Shown: positions 1 through 13,798, numbered from the stretch's first letter. The stretch is DNA of 64,000 bases from Eukaryota sp. GEM-RC1 (GCA_040285855.1 JAUFOQ010000001.1:1922001-1986000), one strand, 5' to 3'. Made by a program: numbers and translations. Notes: a model not told the origin generated them from the letters alone.

Positions 1-3000
1 TAACAGATAAATCATTTATATCATATTGTGTAATTATATAAGGTGCCCCATCATAAGCGTTTGTATTATTTATATAAAGATAATCATTAGTAATACTATA
101 AGACCTCAATTTTGCAGAATATAATGAATCAATAGATAAAGGTGGTTCAAATAATAATGAAGAACTATTATCAAAATAATTTTTATTTAAGCGTTTAATC
201 ACAACATATGAATTTTCTAAAGGAAATTCTGAATTAAGATAGGGATCATCATAATCATAAATATGATTAACAATACTAATAGAATCATGATTCAAATGAG
301 AACGTGTGAATTTTTCTTTAAACTTTTCATTAGTAGATTTATTAACCCTATTTTTATTTGATGTAATGAATTCCATTTTAATTTTAGGATCATTTCCTTC
401 ATACCAGAAATTTTCTATATTGCTAGGCATTGAAATATTAAAAACTTTATTTAATGATATAATAAATAAATACGTATCCATACGTTCTTCATTCCATTGA
501 TCGTCTATATCAATATACTCATAATTTTTACCAATATATCCAACAATAAAATAATATGGTTTATCTAAATCTATTTGTATTATATGAGGCACAGTTTCCA
601 AAAATACATCTTCATCTGTTTCTCTCAATGGAAGACTTACAGTAGAATTAAGTGTCACAGTATTGTTTTCATTTAAATTGTATATCCTAAATTGAACAGG
701 ATCATTCCAAAAATTAGATATTCTCATTATCCACCCATTTCGAATCGTACTCAACGTACTATGTGAATTAATATATTCATCACTAAAATTAATAGGAATC
801 CGAACTATTTCACGATTATTTATAATAAGTAAATCATCTTTATCCATAACTTTCCCATTATTTATATACACAGTATTTAAAGGTGCAGATACTGCATTAG
901 AATGAGTATTTTGTTCAGCCTCTTGATATTCAGTATATAGAAAATTTGTAGAATCATAATTATAATTACCCACATTAATTGGTTCGGTTTCTGAGTTTTT
1001 TCTAACAATATCGTAATCAATATGATTTACCATATTCATTAATGTTCCAGTTTCATTTTCATTTGTTTCATGGGGAGTCCAATCACTTGGTTCTTCTGAA
1101 TGCTCTGGAAATGGTTCGTAGCTTGTTTCTATTGGTAGTTTGTGATTTGGTAAATCTTCTGGATCATAATCATCATCTCTAAATCTATACATTCCATAAT
1201 CAGTCAAAATGGTATTTGTTAATTTTATTTCTTCATCACCTTGTTGAAACAATTTTCTAAAATCAATCTTGTCATCGCCCATTTTAATTTGAGAGTCATT
1301 AATTTCAGTGTTGTTTATCTTTATTATTTCCGTCATCAATGAAGGTATTAATTGTGGTTCCTCAACTAATGAATTTACAAAGGTATTAGCATTTAAATTA
1401 TTTATTTTTTGCACGGTTAAATCATTGTTTTTAAATGTTAATTTAGAATCACCATTTTCCACCACAAATTCTTCAGTGTAATTTATTTTATCAGTTTTGA
1501 CTGATGGTATTGTTTGTTCTTCTAGCCATGTATTTGAATCTCTTAATAATTTAGCTCCACCAAAATCGTCAGCCGGAATACCATTAATTATCTCTGTAGT
1601 AATTTTGGTAGTTTGTATAGGTTTGTTAAATGTTATCTCTTCACCAAAAGTTATCAATAATTCAGATTCAAATGCTGGTCGATATATATAATTATTTCCC
1701 CTAGGTACAACAATTAACTTATCATGAGTAATTGCTTGATATGGTCCAATATTCCCATCCTCATTGGTTAATAAAATATTAATAAATTTTGCAAGATTAT
1801 TTTCAATCGTATACATTAATCTTCCATTTTGACTAAATAACGAAAAGTAATTTCTATAAACATGTCTTGGATTTGTCATGGCATTTAAATGCAAATCTAT
1901 ATTTATATCTGTACCAATTTTTCGTAAATAAACCTTACTATTAGAAAATACCCCATCTCTATTAGTTGAAATAATATAATAACCATTTTGTAAAGGTGCA
2001 GGGAATCCACCATATGATTCATCCCCATCTAATTCATAAACGAGTTCATCATCATCTAATGGATAATTGAGTGAACATATTCTATTCGATCTTCCTGGTT
2101 CTCTGAAATAAATTTTATTATTATAATAAAATACTGGGGCTAATCTTGTTGAACTTACATTAATACCAATATCATCATCATTAATACTTTTAACAAATGA
2201 TTTCCATTCATTATTATTGACATGTTTTTATATCTATATACTATCATATCATTTCCCAAATAAACAATATCATCAGCAGTATCGTCATTTAATATTTTTG
2301 TCAATGTATTTGTGGATGTGTCGTATTTAAATAATTTCATTTCACCAGATTCTTCCATTTGAAATACAAAACGATTATCACCACAATAAGCAATTTCTCT
2401 AATTTCAGCATTTAGTGAAAATAATAATTCACCATTACCTTCATATTCTTCACCCGCTCCTCGTGTTATAGAATCATTATAATTAATTTCACCTGAACGT
2501 AATTTTGATGTAACGATGTTTGTAAAATATTGGGTTTCTTCCCATGTATTTGAATCTCTTAAAAGTTTAGCACCACCAAAGTCATCCGCATCGACTCCAT
2601 TAATTGTAGAAATTTGTACTTCATCAAAGGTTTGTTTTTCATCCCATGTATTTTCACTTACCAATAACTTGGCACCTCCAAAGTCATCAGCAGGTACACC
2701 ATTAATTTCTTCTAATTGAATTTTATCAATCAATACTTTATCTTCATGTATTTTAATTTGCGAAATAAGTGTCACTATAGATTCTAATGAAAAATTAACT
2801 TTGTGAAAAATGATTGACCAAATAATGCATTTATAATTCCTGAATTATATACATCAATTTGTCTACAACCGGTACCAGAAATATCAGCGAGTTTTAAAAT
2901 AAATTTTGGTGAACTGTCATTTATTTTATACAGATTTGCTTGATCATTTACAATAGCCACAAAATAATCTTCATATAACCCAGTTGGTCGCACAGCACTA

Positions 3001-6000
3001 TCAAAATCAATGTACCTGTGAAACTTTCTTCATGTACTAAATAGATTTCATTATACAGTACCATATTACTGCTACAGAAAAAGTATTCATCGTTAAATGG
3101 ACTTATATCACCCAGACCATTTGCAAAATCTTGAGTATTACCAATATGGATTTCGTCTCCATTAAATGGATATTCTATTTTATATATATTAGTCCAATTA
3201 CTACCATAAATATAACCATTCATATAATAGCTAACATCAAAATTAATTGTTTTTGTTTCTAAAATTGTAGTAGGATTATCTTTGGATCGTATTTCAAGAG
3301 TATTATTATCAGCATCATAAAATCCAAACTTATCATCAATAGAAAATAATTTACATTTTAAATCATCCAAACCAGTTATCAATAATGTAGTAGTATCCCC
3401 ATTTATGTAATATAAATATCCAGTATCAAATATAACATTCATAATTACAATATATTCATCATTTGATATTTGTAATAGATAAACAACCTCTCCCTCTAAT
3501 TCAAATGATTTTTTTTGTGTAAGTTGGTTCAGGAAAAGTATGTATAGGAAAAGAAATTTCATTAACTCCAATATTATCAAATATCTGATTCTTGGTCCAT
3601 ATGTTTTCTTCATTGATTATATTTGTCGGCATGTATGTTGATAAGGGTTCGCCATTTAATTGAGTAACCCATAAATTATCAATAATTTGCGTTTCTTCAA
3701 TATCAGATCTAATAAATTTAGATGGATTAATTCCATTTAATGTGGTTGTATTAATTCCATTAAAAGTTTGTATTTTATCATAGGTATTTGCTGATCCTAA
3801 TTTTGCAATATTACCTTCAGCATATGTGGTAGTTCCAAGAGTTATTGATGCATCTCCATTTTGGACAATATTACTTAATTGGATATTCTTATCAAATAAA
3901 TTAATAGCGTTTGAGCCATATGTAGTTCCTAACGCTTCAAAAACACCATTAACTTTAAACCTGAAATTCATTTCATCATAGACATAAAATGGAACCGCAA
4001 CCGAATTGGAAAATGTATATTTATAAATACCATCACTTAATTTTAAATATAAATGATTTTCATATTCCCAAGCATCAAAAATTTCATGTGAAAACTTATT
4101 TGTAACAAATGGCATTTCTGGATTATTAATTTCGTGAATATTTCCGTAATATAAATAAGAACCTGATTGTCTAATATAACGATCACCGCCAACATAAATA
4201 ATAGAATCAGGTAAATCATATTTTTTAACAAAATATCCAGCTTCATGTACAAAATACTCATTAAATTCATTAATCAATACAAATTCTAATTCTTTATTAT
4301 ATCCTTGAATTGCATTAATGTTTATTATTCGTTTAAACTCTAATTGAATTCCATTAGATGAAATCTCCATTTTATATTTTTCCAAGTAGTCACTGATTTT
4401 CAAATATAAATAATGTTCAAATAAATCAACAAATATATCGATAACGTTTTCATCAAATTGCATGTGATAATGCTTTCCCGTATTTAAATTATATAAGGTT
4501 GCCAACATTTTACGATCATCACTATACTTTCTAAAGGTAAATAACAAACTACCTCCTTCTTGATATCTAATAGTCCAGAGATTAGAAATCTCAACTTCTC
4601 CAGCAACTTTAAATGGAGCATAATAATCTAAAGCAATTAATTCATTATTATAAAACCCAAAGTTGTGATGTACATGTCGTTCTGCTAATTCAATTCCACT
4701 ACCCACATCTTTATCTTCTTCTTTATACATGAACGCACTTGATTCATATTTAACATACCAATAATCATCTCGAACAATAATTTTTTCTGGATCTACTATA
4801 GAGTGATCATATTCTTCACCACCATTTGCTTTCAATTCATCATAGGTACCAACTTTGGATCCAGATAAAAACTTTCCATTGTTTAAATAGATAAAATCAT
4901 TAGTTGAATCGAGCTCACTTGGACCTTCATCTAAAATATAAAAATCATTTCCATTGCGTAGATAAACTCTATCAGCGACATGAACATCAGTAATATCGTC
5001 ATTTATAGGTTCTTCATTAATCACATCACCCAATACTTTTAATATTTTTATTCCACCAAAACTCTTTAAAATTAATGCATAATCATAACCAGTAAATGGG
5101 ACAATCCAAGCTTTATGAAATTCTCCAGTAATCTTTTTATATGGCGGATTTTCAATTGACAAATCTACAACAAATCCAAAGTCATTATCATATTGAAATA
5201 AATAGTTTTGATATATATCTATTTTAAATGATCTGTCAATCTTAATTGGTGCAAAGGGATCACGATTAATATAAAACTTGTTTAATGTTCCACCTCGCAT
5301 TACCCAATTATCTCCAACTCTAATTAATTCAGCAATATTATCTTCAACTATTTCTACTAATGAAAAAGTTCCAAGTGTAATATCAGAGACACCAAATCCA
5401 TTAAACAATTTATTATTAACCATTAAAGATGGATCATTATTTTGAAAAATATCATTAATTGAAATTGTCCTATTTTTTGTTTTTATTAAATCTTTTGAAT
5501 AAGATGTACCATTGAGATTTAATGGATCATTCAAAAATAATTCACCCTTATGACGTTTAATTGAAGAGGTTAGTTCTTCGGAATCTTCGTCCGTCTCTTT
5601 TAATAAAATTTCATTAAATGTTTGAGGTTCAGTAAACTCGTTTTCTCCATCCAATCGAGCAATTTCACCTTCCTTGTATTCGGTTTCTCCCAAGATTATT
5701 GACTCATCTCCATTTTGAACAATTTGATCCAATTCAATTGTGTCGATATATTCTTCATCATCTTCATCTATTTTGGTCAATTCAATCGTTCCATCTCCAT
5801 AAAGAGTATCCCCTTTAATAATTGGTTTATCAAATGCGAACCCTTTAGAATTTATCCCAATAGCACCTTCCAACTCATCAACCTTTAATTTGATATCGGG
5901 AAACGTTTGTGTTTTTACCCAGGTATTTTCTTGTTTTAATAATTGATTACCACCAAAATCTTCAGCATCAATTCCATTAATTTTATTAACATCTATTTCA

Positions 6001-7244
6001 CTAAACGTTTGTTCTTTGGTCCATGTATTTTCTTGAGTCAATAATCTATTACCCCCAAAATCATCAGCATCAATTCCATTAATTGTTTCAACCTTTATTT
6101 CATCAAAAGTTTGGTCTTTAATCCAGACATTTTCTTTATTTGTTTGCGGAATATAATCATATAGGAAATCGTCAATAATTTCTTCTTCATCAATGATTCG
6201 TTTAATGGAGAACTTATCAGCATTAAAAGTTGTTGGTCCAATATTAACAGAATTAAATTTTGCATTATCTCCTTCTTGGATTATATTTTCAATATCAACA
6301 TTTCCAATTTTTTTATCAGTGTATATGGTTTCACCTAATAACATTTCGTCATCACCATTTTGTACAAGTTTATCCCAATAAATTTTATTTTCCAAGGTTT
6401 CAACATAATCTGTATCATATGATGTTGTTAATATAGATAATGGTTTTGTTAATGATGCTCCATCAATAGATACATTTAACACGTTTCTAACATTCAAATT
6501 TGATGTTATTTTTAATGCCTCATCAAGATAATATATATTACTATTTCCAATCAATAATTTTTCCAATTTCAAGTTTGTCATTTCTAATCCGGTATCATTT
6601 TTCCATATTTCATAATCACCAATATGAATACGATCAAAATTAAAATCATTGATATAATCGTTTAATATAATGTCATTAATTTTAGCGTTTAATAAATCAA
6701 TATATTCAGAATCTATTGTAAATGCTGGATGACTAATTTCATTGGCTGTTATTGAAATATCATTAATCAAAGTTTCGTCATCTTTTACTATAATATTACC
6801 AAACATGGTTGAATCCAATTTAGCAGTAAAATGTTTACCAACTTTAATTGAATAACTAGAGTCTTTTAAATTCCATAATAATAATGTTTTATTAATTTCT
6901 TCATTCCAATCATGACCAATTATTGTTGAATTAATTCCACTTGAAATATTATTTCCAATTATCGTTGAATTATTTCCACTAACATTACTTCCAATGATTA
7001 TTCCATTATTGGTTTTATTTATAATATTTATTCCAGACGTTCCTAAATGAGATTCAAGATTTGAAATATTTATTCCATCATTAGCTATGCCATATCCTAA
7101 AGATATTGCGTCAGTGTAATTTTTAATAATTCCTCGTTTATTAGTATTACTCAAAGTTAATGCGATGGAATTTAATAAACTATGATTAACTCGATTGGGC
7201 AATGTTGATCCATATGAATTTGATCGATAATCATACAATACCAT
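1..7244 (-). CDS. Giant (>2,400 aa) fibre/adhesin-like repeat protein, split by frameshifts and running off the window edge
   Basis: ORFs 3501-7244, 2948-3613, 2784-2993 and 2155-2775 join through small indels at about 3510, 3015, 2807 and 2227. An unlisted frame then appears to stay open from about 2230 to 1. Five copies of INGxxA(D/E)DFGGxxLLxxxNTWxxxQ are spread across the pieces. Confidence 0.7.
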
Positions 7245-7284
7245 TTTATCTATCTGAAATAATACATATTACAAAAAAAAATAT

Positions 7285-7824
7285 TTATACAAAATCTACA
7301 TCAGCTTCATCAACTAGACTATTTACCATGTAAGCTTTGGTTGTAACTTCAAAATCAGATACATTAAATGAACAAACGAGTCCTACAAAACCAATTTCTT
7401 TTCCAACAGACTGTTGGTATATCATATGACTTTCAATGTCAACAGATGAAAAGAAATTGCTCATGTTTGGATGAGTGTGAATCCATCCATATACATATTT
7501 AGTATCACCAACAAATTCTAACAAACGCACAGCTTCATCAGAATCATCTAAAATATCAACAATAATTGACGTTCTTGATTGATTTCTTGGTATAAATATT
7601 TCATCAATAACATTACTTCCGGATTTACCAATAAGCAATGCTCCCATCTCAAGCTCGGGATTAGCATCATTTTTTACAGTGTTCATGAAAATATCAATAA
7701 CACTATTGGAGACGTATAAATACTCTTTTCTTGGTTTTTTTCTTGCGAGTGCAGAAGGAAGAGGAATTCTTAGGCGTTTGCCCAATTTTGGCGCTTCGTA
7801 TGAACCACGATTGAAGTTTGACAT
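7285..7824 (-). CDS. JAB1/MPN+ (JAMM) metalloprotease, deubiquitinase-like
   Basis: LEMGALLIG plus GWIHTHPNMSNFFSSVDIESH, a complete E...HxH-x7-S-xx-D motif. Confidence 0.9.
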   Translation of the reverse strand: MSNFNRGSYEAPKLGKRLRIPLPSALARKKPRKEYLYVSNSVIDIFMNTVKNDANPELEMGALLIGKSGSNVIDEIFIPRNQSRTSIIVDILDDSDEAVRLLEFVGDTKYVYGWIHTHPNMSNFFSSVDIESHMIYQQSVGKEIGFVGLVCSFNVSDFEVTTKAYMVNSLVDEADVDFV

Positions 7825-7921
7825 CTAGTAAAATTAAATATTCATTTTTATGCATTACCTTCATTTTTCTTACTTAGGACCAAGTGATCTATATATGTTT
7901 GCTACAATATTGCTAGTAACC

Positions 7922-8401
7922 TCAAGTTTTTTTATTATATGTATATGTACAAACAATCGCAATATTTGGAGGACTGTTATCTGGCATATAAGCGCTAATA
8001 ACATCAATATTCATGTGTCCAGTCTCATCAACACTAGAAAACGGAGTGGTATGACCAGGATGAGTATGAATCCATCCCATTATTTGCTTTTCTGGTTTTG
8101 TTGATAAAAAATTGGTTAACTCCACACCTACTTCATTTGAATGTATAATATCAATATTACCATTGGTTCTTATTTGATCTCTTGGTATATATACCTCATC
8201 AATTACATCATTTTGACCAATGAGTATTCCTCCAATTTCTGTATTAAGGGGATCATTAGGTACTCTAATTGTTCGATCTAAAAATGTTTCAATTACTTGA
8301 TTACTAAAAAATACATAACGTTCAGGACTTTCTGATTCATACAATACACATAATTGTTGTGCATCATTATTACGATTTCTGTGACTCGTTACGTATGACA
8401 T
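7922..8401 (-). CDS. JAB1/MPN+ (JAMM) metalloprotease, paralogue 2
   Basis: TEIGGILIG plus GWIHTHPGHTTPFSSVD. Start moved to the ATG at 8401 because the ATG at 8425 lies inside the promoter-like motif. The C-terminus may be cut by an indel in the A-run near 7930. Confidence 0.88.
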   Translation of the reverse strand: MSYVTSHRNRNNDAQQLCVLYESESPERYVFFSNQVIETFLDRTIRVPNDPLNTEIGGILIGQNDVIDEVYIPRDQIRTNGNIDIIHSNEVGVELTNFLSTKPEKQIMGWIHTHPGHTTPFSSVDETGHMNIDVISAYMPDNSPPNIAIVCTYTYNKKT

Positions 8402-8450
8402 ATATATTAAAGCGAAAATATTCATTTTTAGAATAAATATTATTTTTTCT

Positions 8451-9020
8451 TTATAATTCTAAAATGTGATATTCAGAATGTGGAATAGGCATGACATTAC
8501 AATGGGGAGCTATACAATATTTTGTTGTTAAACCTCTTCCTAAATAATTTTTAGGAATATGATATGTACCAGTTTCACATGATGCATTATATGAATTTGT
8601 AGTTATTAACAAACATATAGCTCGTTCATTTTTAAATTGAGCAGTTGCTTGATTTAACAAATCAATTCCATCTAATCCATGTGTTGATTCTCTTCTAACC
8701 AAAGCCCATCCCATGAAACTTAATCCAAACATTGCTGCTTGTTTTTTAACTAAGGGATCTTCTAATGCATTAACAATAAAATCATCTCCATATAAAATAT
8801 CTGGGAATATTATAAAACTAACAACATTGGATTTACCATAAAGTAAACCTGCAAATTTTAATTTTGGATTGACTTCTACATAGTGTATGAATTTCATTAT
8901 TAATTCATTAGGTAGTTTGATTTCTTGTAAAGTTGGATCCTCAATTGTTTTTACGTAAATGCTTTGAGGATATAATGAATCAATTGATTCTAACTCAAGT
9001 CGTTTTCTAGTTTTGTCCAT
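8451..9020 (-). CDS. Degenerate MPN- (non-catalytic JAB) paralogue 3
   Basis: KFAGLLYGKSNVV and MGWALVRRESTHGLDGIDLLNQ align with the two neighbours but lack E and HxH. Likely start is MDKTRKR at 9020. Confidence 0.6.
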   Translation of the reverse strand: MDKTRKRLELESIDSLYPQSIYVKTIEDPTLQEIKLPNELIMKFIHYVEVNPKLKFAGLLYGKSNVVSFIIFPDILYGDDFIVNALEDPLVKKQAAMFGLSFMGWALVRRESTHGLDGIDLLNQATAQFKNERAICLLITTNSYNASCETGTYHIPKNYLGRGLTTKYCIAPHCNVMPIPHSEYHILEL

Positions 9021-9077
9021 ATCTATTTGTGTTGAGAATAAATCATTTTTTTTAAAAAAATAAAATTTATTTAACAT

Positions 9078-10506
9078 TTAAAAATCTAACATTGATTCAA
9101 AATTGTCTTCAATAAATGGTTTGTTTGGATCATTAATTTCAGTATTTACTTGAGATCCGCCACTTAATGGGAAGAAATACCCATATGATGCATATGAAGA
9201 GAATGCATAAATTTTTGTACATTATTTAAAGTAGGATTGATTGTAGTAATGAATATTGAATTATTAATCTTTTCAGTATCACGAGTCCACATATTTCCTG
9301 TTTGTATCATTGGTAAATCGATATCTGGAACAATTGTTTCAGTTTCATCACCAATAATACCATAAGCACTACCAATATTTCCATCCTTGGATTGAGCCCA
9401 TTTAAGAGTATAAACAATTTGTTTAATGCCTCTTGGTTCAACAATTCTCATGGCTTGTTCCGTATATTTGTTTTCATCTTTTCAACAGGCGAAATAACAA
9501 TCTTGTTATCATGCACATATGTTGCAATATTATGTTTTTAGCATTGGATTCAAAATGAGAATATACTGGCAATTTAAGTTCTTCCAATTCACGATCCAAT
9601 TTAGGACTAATCATTGAACTTAATTCATAATTAAAATCCTTATAAATAGCATGATCAATATCATATACTAAATTAAAATTAACATAGACACTAAAAGGTT
9701 TCTTTCTATTTTGAGGACCCAACATTTGTGCAGCGAGAACTTGTTTTGCAACAAATGCTTTAAAGGAAACCCTTCATAAACTCCATTATTAGGATAATGA
9801 TTTTGATATTCCAAAAACAATGTTTCAATAAATGGACGAAGTCTATCAATTGGTGACTTATTTGCATTAATGAAAATGTAAATCAATCTCATGATTTCGT
9901 TAAATCGATAATCATATTCAATTGGATGAACATCCAATAAACTTGTTTGCATTGAATTTTTAACATGAGCCTGTTCTGAACTTTTTGGATTATGAGATCC
10001 TTGTTTATGTGTAAACAATCTCATGTAGCAATTTTAAATTCAGTTTTTGAAATGTCAAAGTTTGCAGCAATAATATAAGCCAATCTTGGTTTAAAATCTG
10101 TAGGAATATTGAAATCTGCAATCTCTCTATAAATTTGCAAAAACTTTAAATTTTCATCAACTCTAAATTCTGGTACCTTTGCGAAAAATGTAGATTCAGT
10201 TCCTAATGGATCTGTCTCTGGATTTGCTTTAGTAGCACCAAACATTATGGGAATCAACGCATTTTCTTTAAATGTATTTTTAAAATATTCCTCTCTAGGA
10301 ATTTCTTGTTTGATAATTTTCATTAATTCAGATTCTTTAAAACCACCTAAATGATTTTCAAAACCCGGATAATTATAATAATCTACTTTGGGTACACTTA
10401 AATTATGATTTACTCGAACTTTTGCATTTTCGTTATAACCCATGTTAATTTCAGGATTATAATGATCAACATATTTGAGAAAATCAATTGAAGTAATGAC
10501 GTTCAT
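9078..10506 (-). CDS. Hypothetical viral protein (about 470 aa), frameshifted
   Basis: Four abutting or overlapping ORFs (10021-10527, 9668-10024, 9474-9725, 9164-9451) with one promoter-like motif upstream at 10524-10531. Confidence 0.55.
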
Positions 10507-10554
10507 ATTAATTGAATGAAAATTCATTTTTTACGTAATAAAAAATAAGGGGAT

Positions 10555-11037
10555 TTATTGATTTAATTGACGCATCATGATATTAAAATAGTTGTCCAAG
10601 TTTTTATATGTTAACGGATGAGAAGTAGATATAAGCATTGTCACCCATAGTTTTTTAATATAATCAGCATTAGTTTGTGATTTATTAATGTATTCTACTA
10701 ATTTGCTCTTTACTGGATTATTATAATAATTAACTCGATAATATGTCATACTCTTACTCAACTCAATGACTAAATCAGGTAACCAAGTATCAACATTACC
10801 AATGTCTACATGTTTTATTCTAAATACATATGCTTTCAATATTCGCTCAAATAAAGACATCCATTGTTCATCTAATAGGATATAATCACGTAAAGTATGA
10901 TTTGTCACATTATACAAACTATTTGATTGTGGCAAATTCTCCATTAAAAATGGTATAAAACCATTATTTGAGGATCTATACAATTTACAAAATTTACACA
11001 ACATGTTTGCATATAAAACCATTTGTTGTTTAAACAT
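10555..11037 (-). CDS. Hypothetical viral protein
   Basis: 160-aa ATG-started ORF between AT-rich spacers; no recognisable motif. Confidence 0.6.
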   Translation of the reverse strand: MFKQQMVLYANMLCKFCKLYRSSNNGFIPFLMENLPQSNSLYNVTNHTLRDYILLDEQWMSLFERILKAYVFRIKHVDIGNVDTWLPDLVIELSKSMTYYRVNYYNNPVKSKLVEYINKSQTNADYIKKLWVTMLISTSHPLTYKNLDNYFNIMMRQLNQ

Positions 11038-11094
11038 TACAATACTAAAAAATGTTTTTTTATGATAATGAAAAAAAATAATATTTATTAGCCA

Positions 11095-12235
11095 CTAACA
11101 TATTCTAAGAATCTTTAATGGAGTTTCATCTCTAGCTTTTGCTCGCTTGGGATTGTTTAATAAATCATTATATAGTTTATAACCAAATTTAACTGAAAAA
11201 TGTCTACCTACTCTAGATGTTGTTATGTTTATCGGATATTTTATTTTTTTTGGTTTTAACAATTGGTTTATTTCTCGCAATTTTGCAGAATCTCCTCCCA
11301 TTACATTAATGAACCCATATAAAAATGTTGTTAATAATACTTTTACGGGATTTGATGCTTTTATTCCTAATATATACATTGCTCTAGGTGCAAGTGTCTT
11401 TATTCTCTGATAGTCTTTTACACTAATATTTCCTCGAATAAATACTTGCTCATAAATTGTATATGCAAATTTCTCATATGGTGTATTATTTAAATTATAA
11501 TCATAAAAATACATTCTAAATTTACTTACTAATCTTCTCAAATAAATTAAATATGGTTCAATAACGCTATATTTTTTAAGAACCTTTTGGCATTCAAATA
11601 AATAATTTTACAATCTTCAATATAAGTTTCATCTTCATTATCAAATAGATAAAATGGGAAATCATCCTCAATAATTTCATTTTGATAATTATCATACATG
11701 CATGTTATTGTAAGCATATTCATTATGATTGGATTTCTAAATCCATGTTCACCATATTTTTTCTAAAATTTGAACAATCATCATAATTATACAATAATCT
11801 ACTAAGATCTTTTTTGGGGGCAAATATCAACCTCTCCAAGTTTGAATGAGTATCAAATTCACCATGCTTTATTAAATCATAATCTTCGTCTTCCGCATCA
11901 AAATGAATAAACGTTGATGAAACTAATCTCAATTCACCTTCTGAATATAATAATATTGGTGATGTCTCATCTAATGCATTTTCAATAACACTTCGTATCC
12001 ATAAAGAATTTCCTAAATGTTTTCAAAATAATCATAAAATTTATATACTTTATTTATTCCATGTTTTTCACAATATTTTGAATAATTTCTATATTTTTCC
12101 TAAATGTGTGGTTAGACGGATTATTAAATATTGGCCGATTATCTTCCAACATTTCAAATGCTGAAGATATTCTTTTAATTCTCGTATTACATTTTCTTTA
12201 TCAAAATGAAATGGTCGCCGAGATTTGTTTGACAT
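11095..12235 (-). CDS. Hypothetical viral protein, frameshifted
   Basis: Fragments 11095-11541 and 11723-11932 plus shorter frames; ATG at 12235 preceded by the AAAAGTGA motif at 12255-12262. Confidence 0.45.
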
Positions 12236-12640
12236 TATTTAAATCATAAAAATATCACTTTTCTATTTATATGAGAATAAAAAATAAAATTTATTTAATC
12301 AATATATTTACTCATTGCCCAAATCAGATATTGACTTAATCAAATCTTCACCTCCATTACTTTTAAAATATGCTTCAATATCTTCCATCTGTAATAAATC
12401 CGTCAATGATTGTTTTATATCAACATTATCATAATTAGTCATTGACTCATTTTCTTTTCAACTGAAGCTAGAAACATGTTATTCATTTCAATTATATTAG
12501 GATCTGTTTCATTGAGATTTTCTAAATAAATCACTTCCCTAATCTTTGCAATATCATCTATTTTGTGACCTTTCTTAATAAAATGTTCCATTTATATTTA
12601 TATGCAATAATAAATTACATTTAAAAAAATTAAAATATCT

Positions 12641-13006
12641 TTAATTTATGTTTTCATGATTATACATTAAATATTCTACTTGTAATTTACTACGATAAAT
12701 AATCGTGTTTTCTAATACGGATATATCATCTTTATCCACAAAAGTAAAATCAGGAATTAGTAATCTCTGATCTAATAAATGAGAAAAAGTTTTACCACTT
12801 TTAATAGCATTCTTTATCATTGTGTGTATGTAATTACAAACAAACACATCAATACCATCGTTAAGTAAATCGCGGATACGATTCATTGCTTCATCATAAT
12901 TTTGTAATTTACCAAAATTACAAACTTTTCCATTATTTACTATCGCTAAGTGTCTCGATATACTCAATGGCTTCGTGCATTCGATCGATACCAAACACCC
13001 ACGCAT
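12641..13006 (-). CDS. Hypothetical viral protein
   Basis: 121-aa ORF with the AAAAGTGA motif 15 nt upstream. Confidence 0.6.
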   Translation of the reverse strand: MRGCLVSIECTKPLSISRHLAIVNNGKVCNFGKLQNYDEAMNRIRDLLNDGIDVFVCNYIHTMIKNAIKSGKTFSHLLDQRLLIPDFTFVDKDDISVLENTIIYRSKLQVEYLMYNHENIN

Positions 13007-13074
13007 TATTTAATAATTTAATCACTTTTTATTATAATCATAAAACAATATTGATATTAATAATACGCGGATCA

Positions 13075-13798
13075 TTAGTGCATCCAAATTTTTCTTTTTA
13101 TATGATGGTTTTCATGAAGTTCCAATGATAATGTCATTATAAATAAATTTACTAAAATAATTGAATCTAAAATATAATTATGATTTTCGATACAATAAAA
13201 TAAATAAAATATATTCATGAAATATGTCAGCATTGATGAATAATATATTACTATTTTTTCCATTTATTAATTATATAAACACCAATAACATTAATATAAT
13301 ATAATATAATTAATAAAAATATTGATTCAATAAATTGTTTATCGGTAAAATCATTATAAATAGATGAGAATACTAATATAGAGGTATTAAATACTATATA
13401 ACATTTAAACAATCTCATTTCTAATACATATCTAGAATTATTTTTTAGATATAATAATGCAGTTAAATAACAATTTGAAATTATAAATCGCAATATGGAA
13501 AAATGTGGTATAATTACAACAAATCCCCATAAAAGAGTTCCAAATATTAATAACAGAATAGCAAGGAAATATTTTGGTTCATAATTAATTTCATCATAAT
13601 ATAAGTTTTTGTGATAACGTTCTAATATCATTCGTTGTTTTCTTTTAAAACATAATAATAATAAAACCATTTGAAATACTTCATCGGTATAATCAAATAA
13701 TTCAAAGTACTCGATAATTTTCTTTATAGAAAAGTTATAATCATTGCATACAAACGCATTTCTTTAATGAAATTTATATGTTTTATTATTAAAACCAT
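13075..13798 (-). CDS. Putative multi-pass membrane protein, frameshifted
   Basis: ORFs 13251-13670 and 13075-13263 overlap at an A-run and contain several long hydrophobic stretches. Start is uncertain. Confidence 0.45.

Noticed and set aside
306..2719. Short + strand ORFs (306-500, 1497-1691, 2516-2719) and similar ones elsewhere, e.g. 27659-27865
   Set aside because: They are antisense shadows of real - strand genes.
1..9020. Bacteriophage tail module (fibre next to a JAB gene, as in lambda K/J)
   Set aside because: The JAB proteins have the eukaryotic GWIHTHP type with no NlpC/P60 domain, and neighbouring genes are NCLDV-like.
9078..13006. Major capsid protein or packaging ATPase among the orphan ORFs
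   Set aside because: I could not recognise jelly-roll, HK97 or A32 Walker motifs; structure prediction would be needed.
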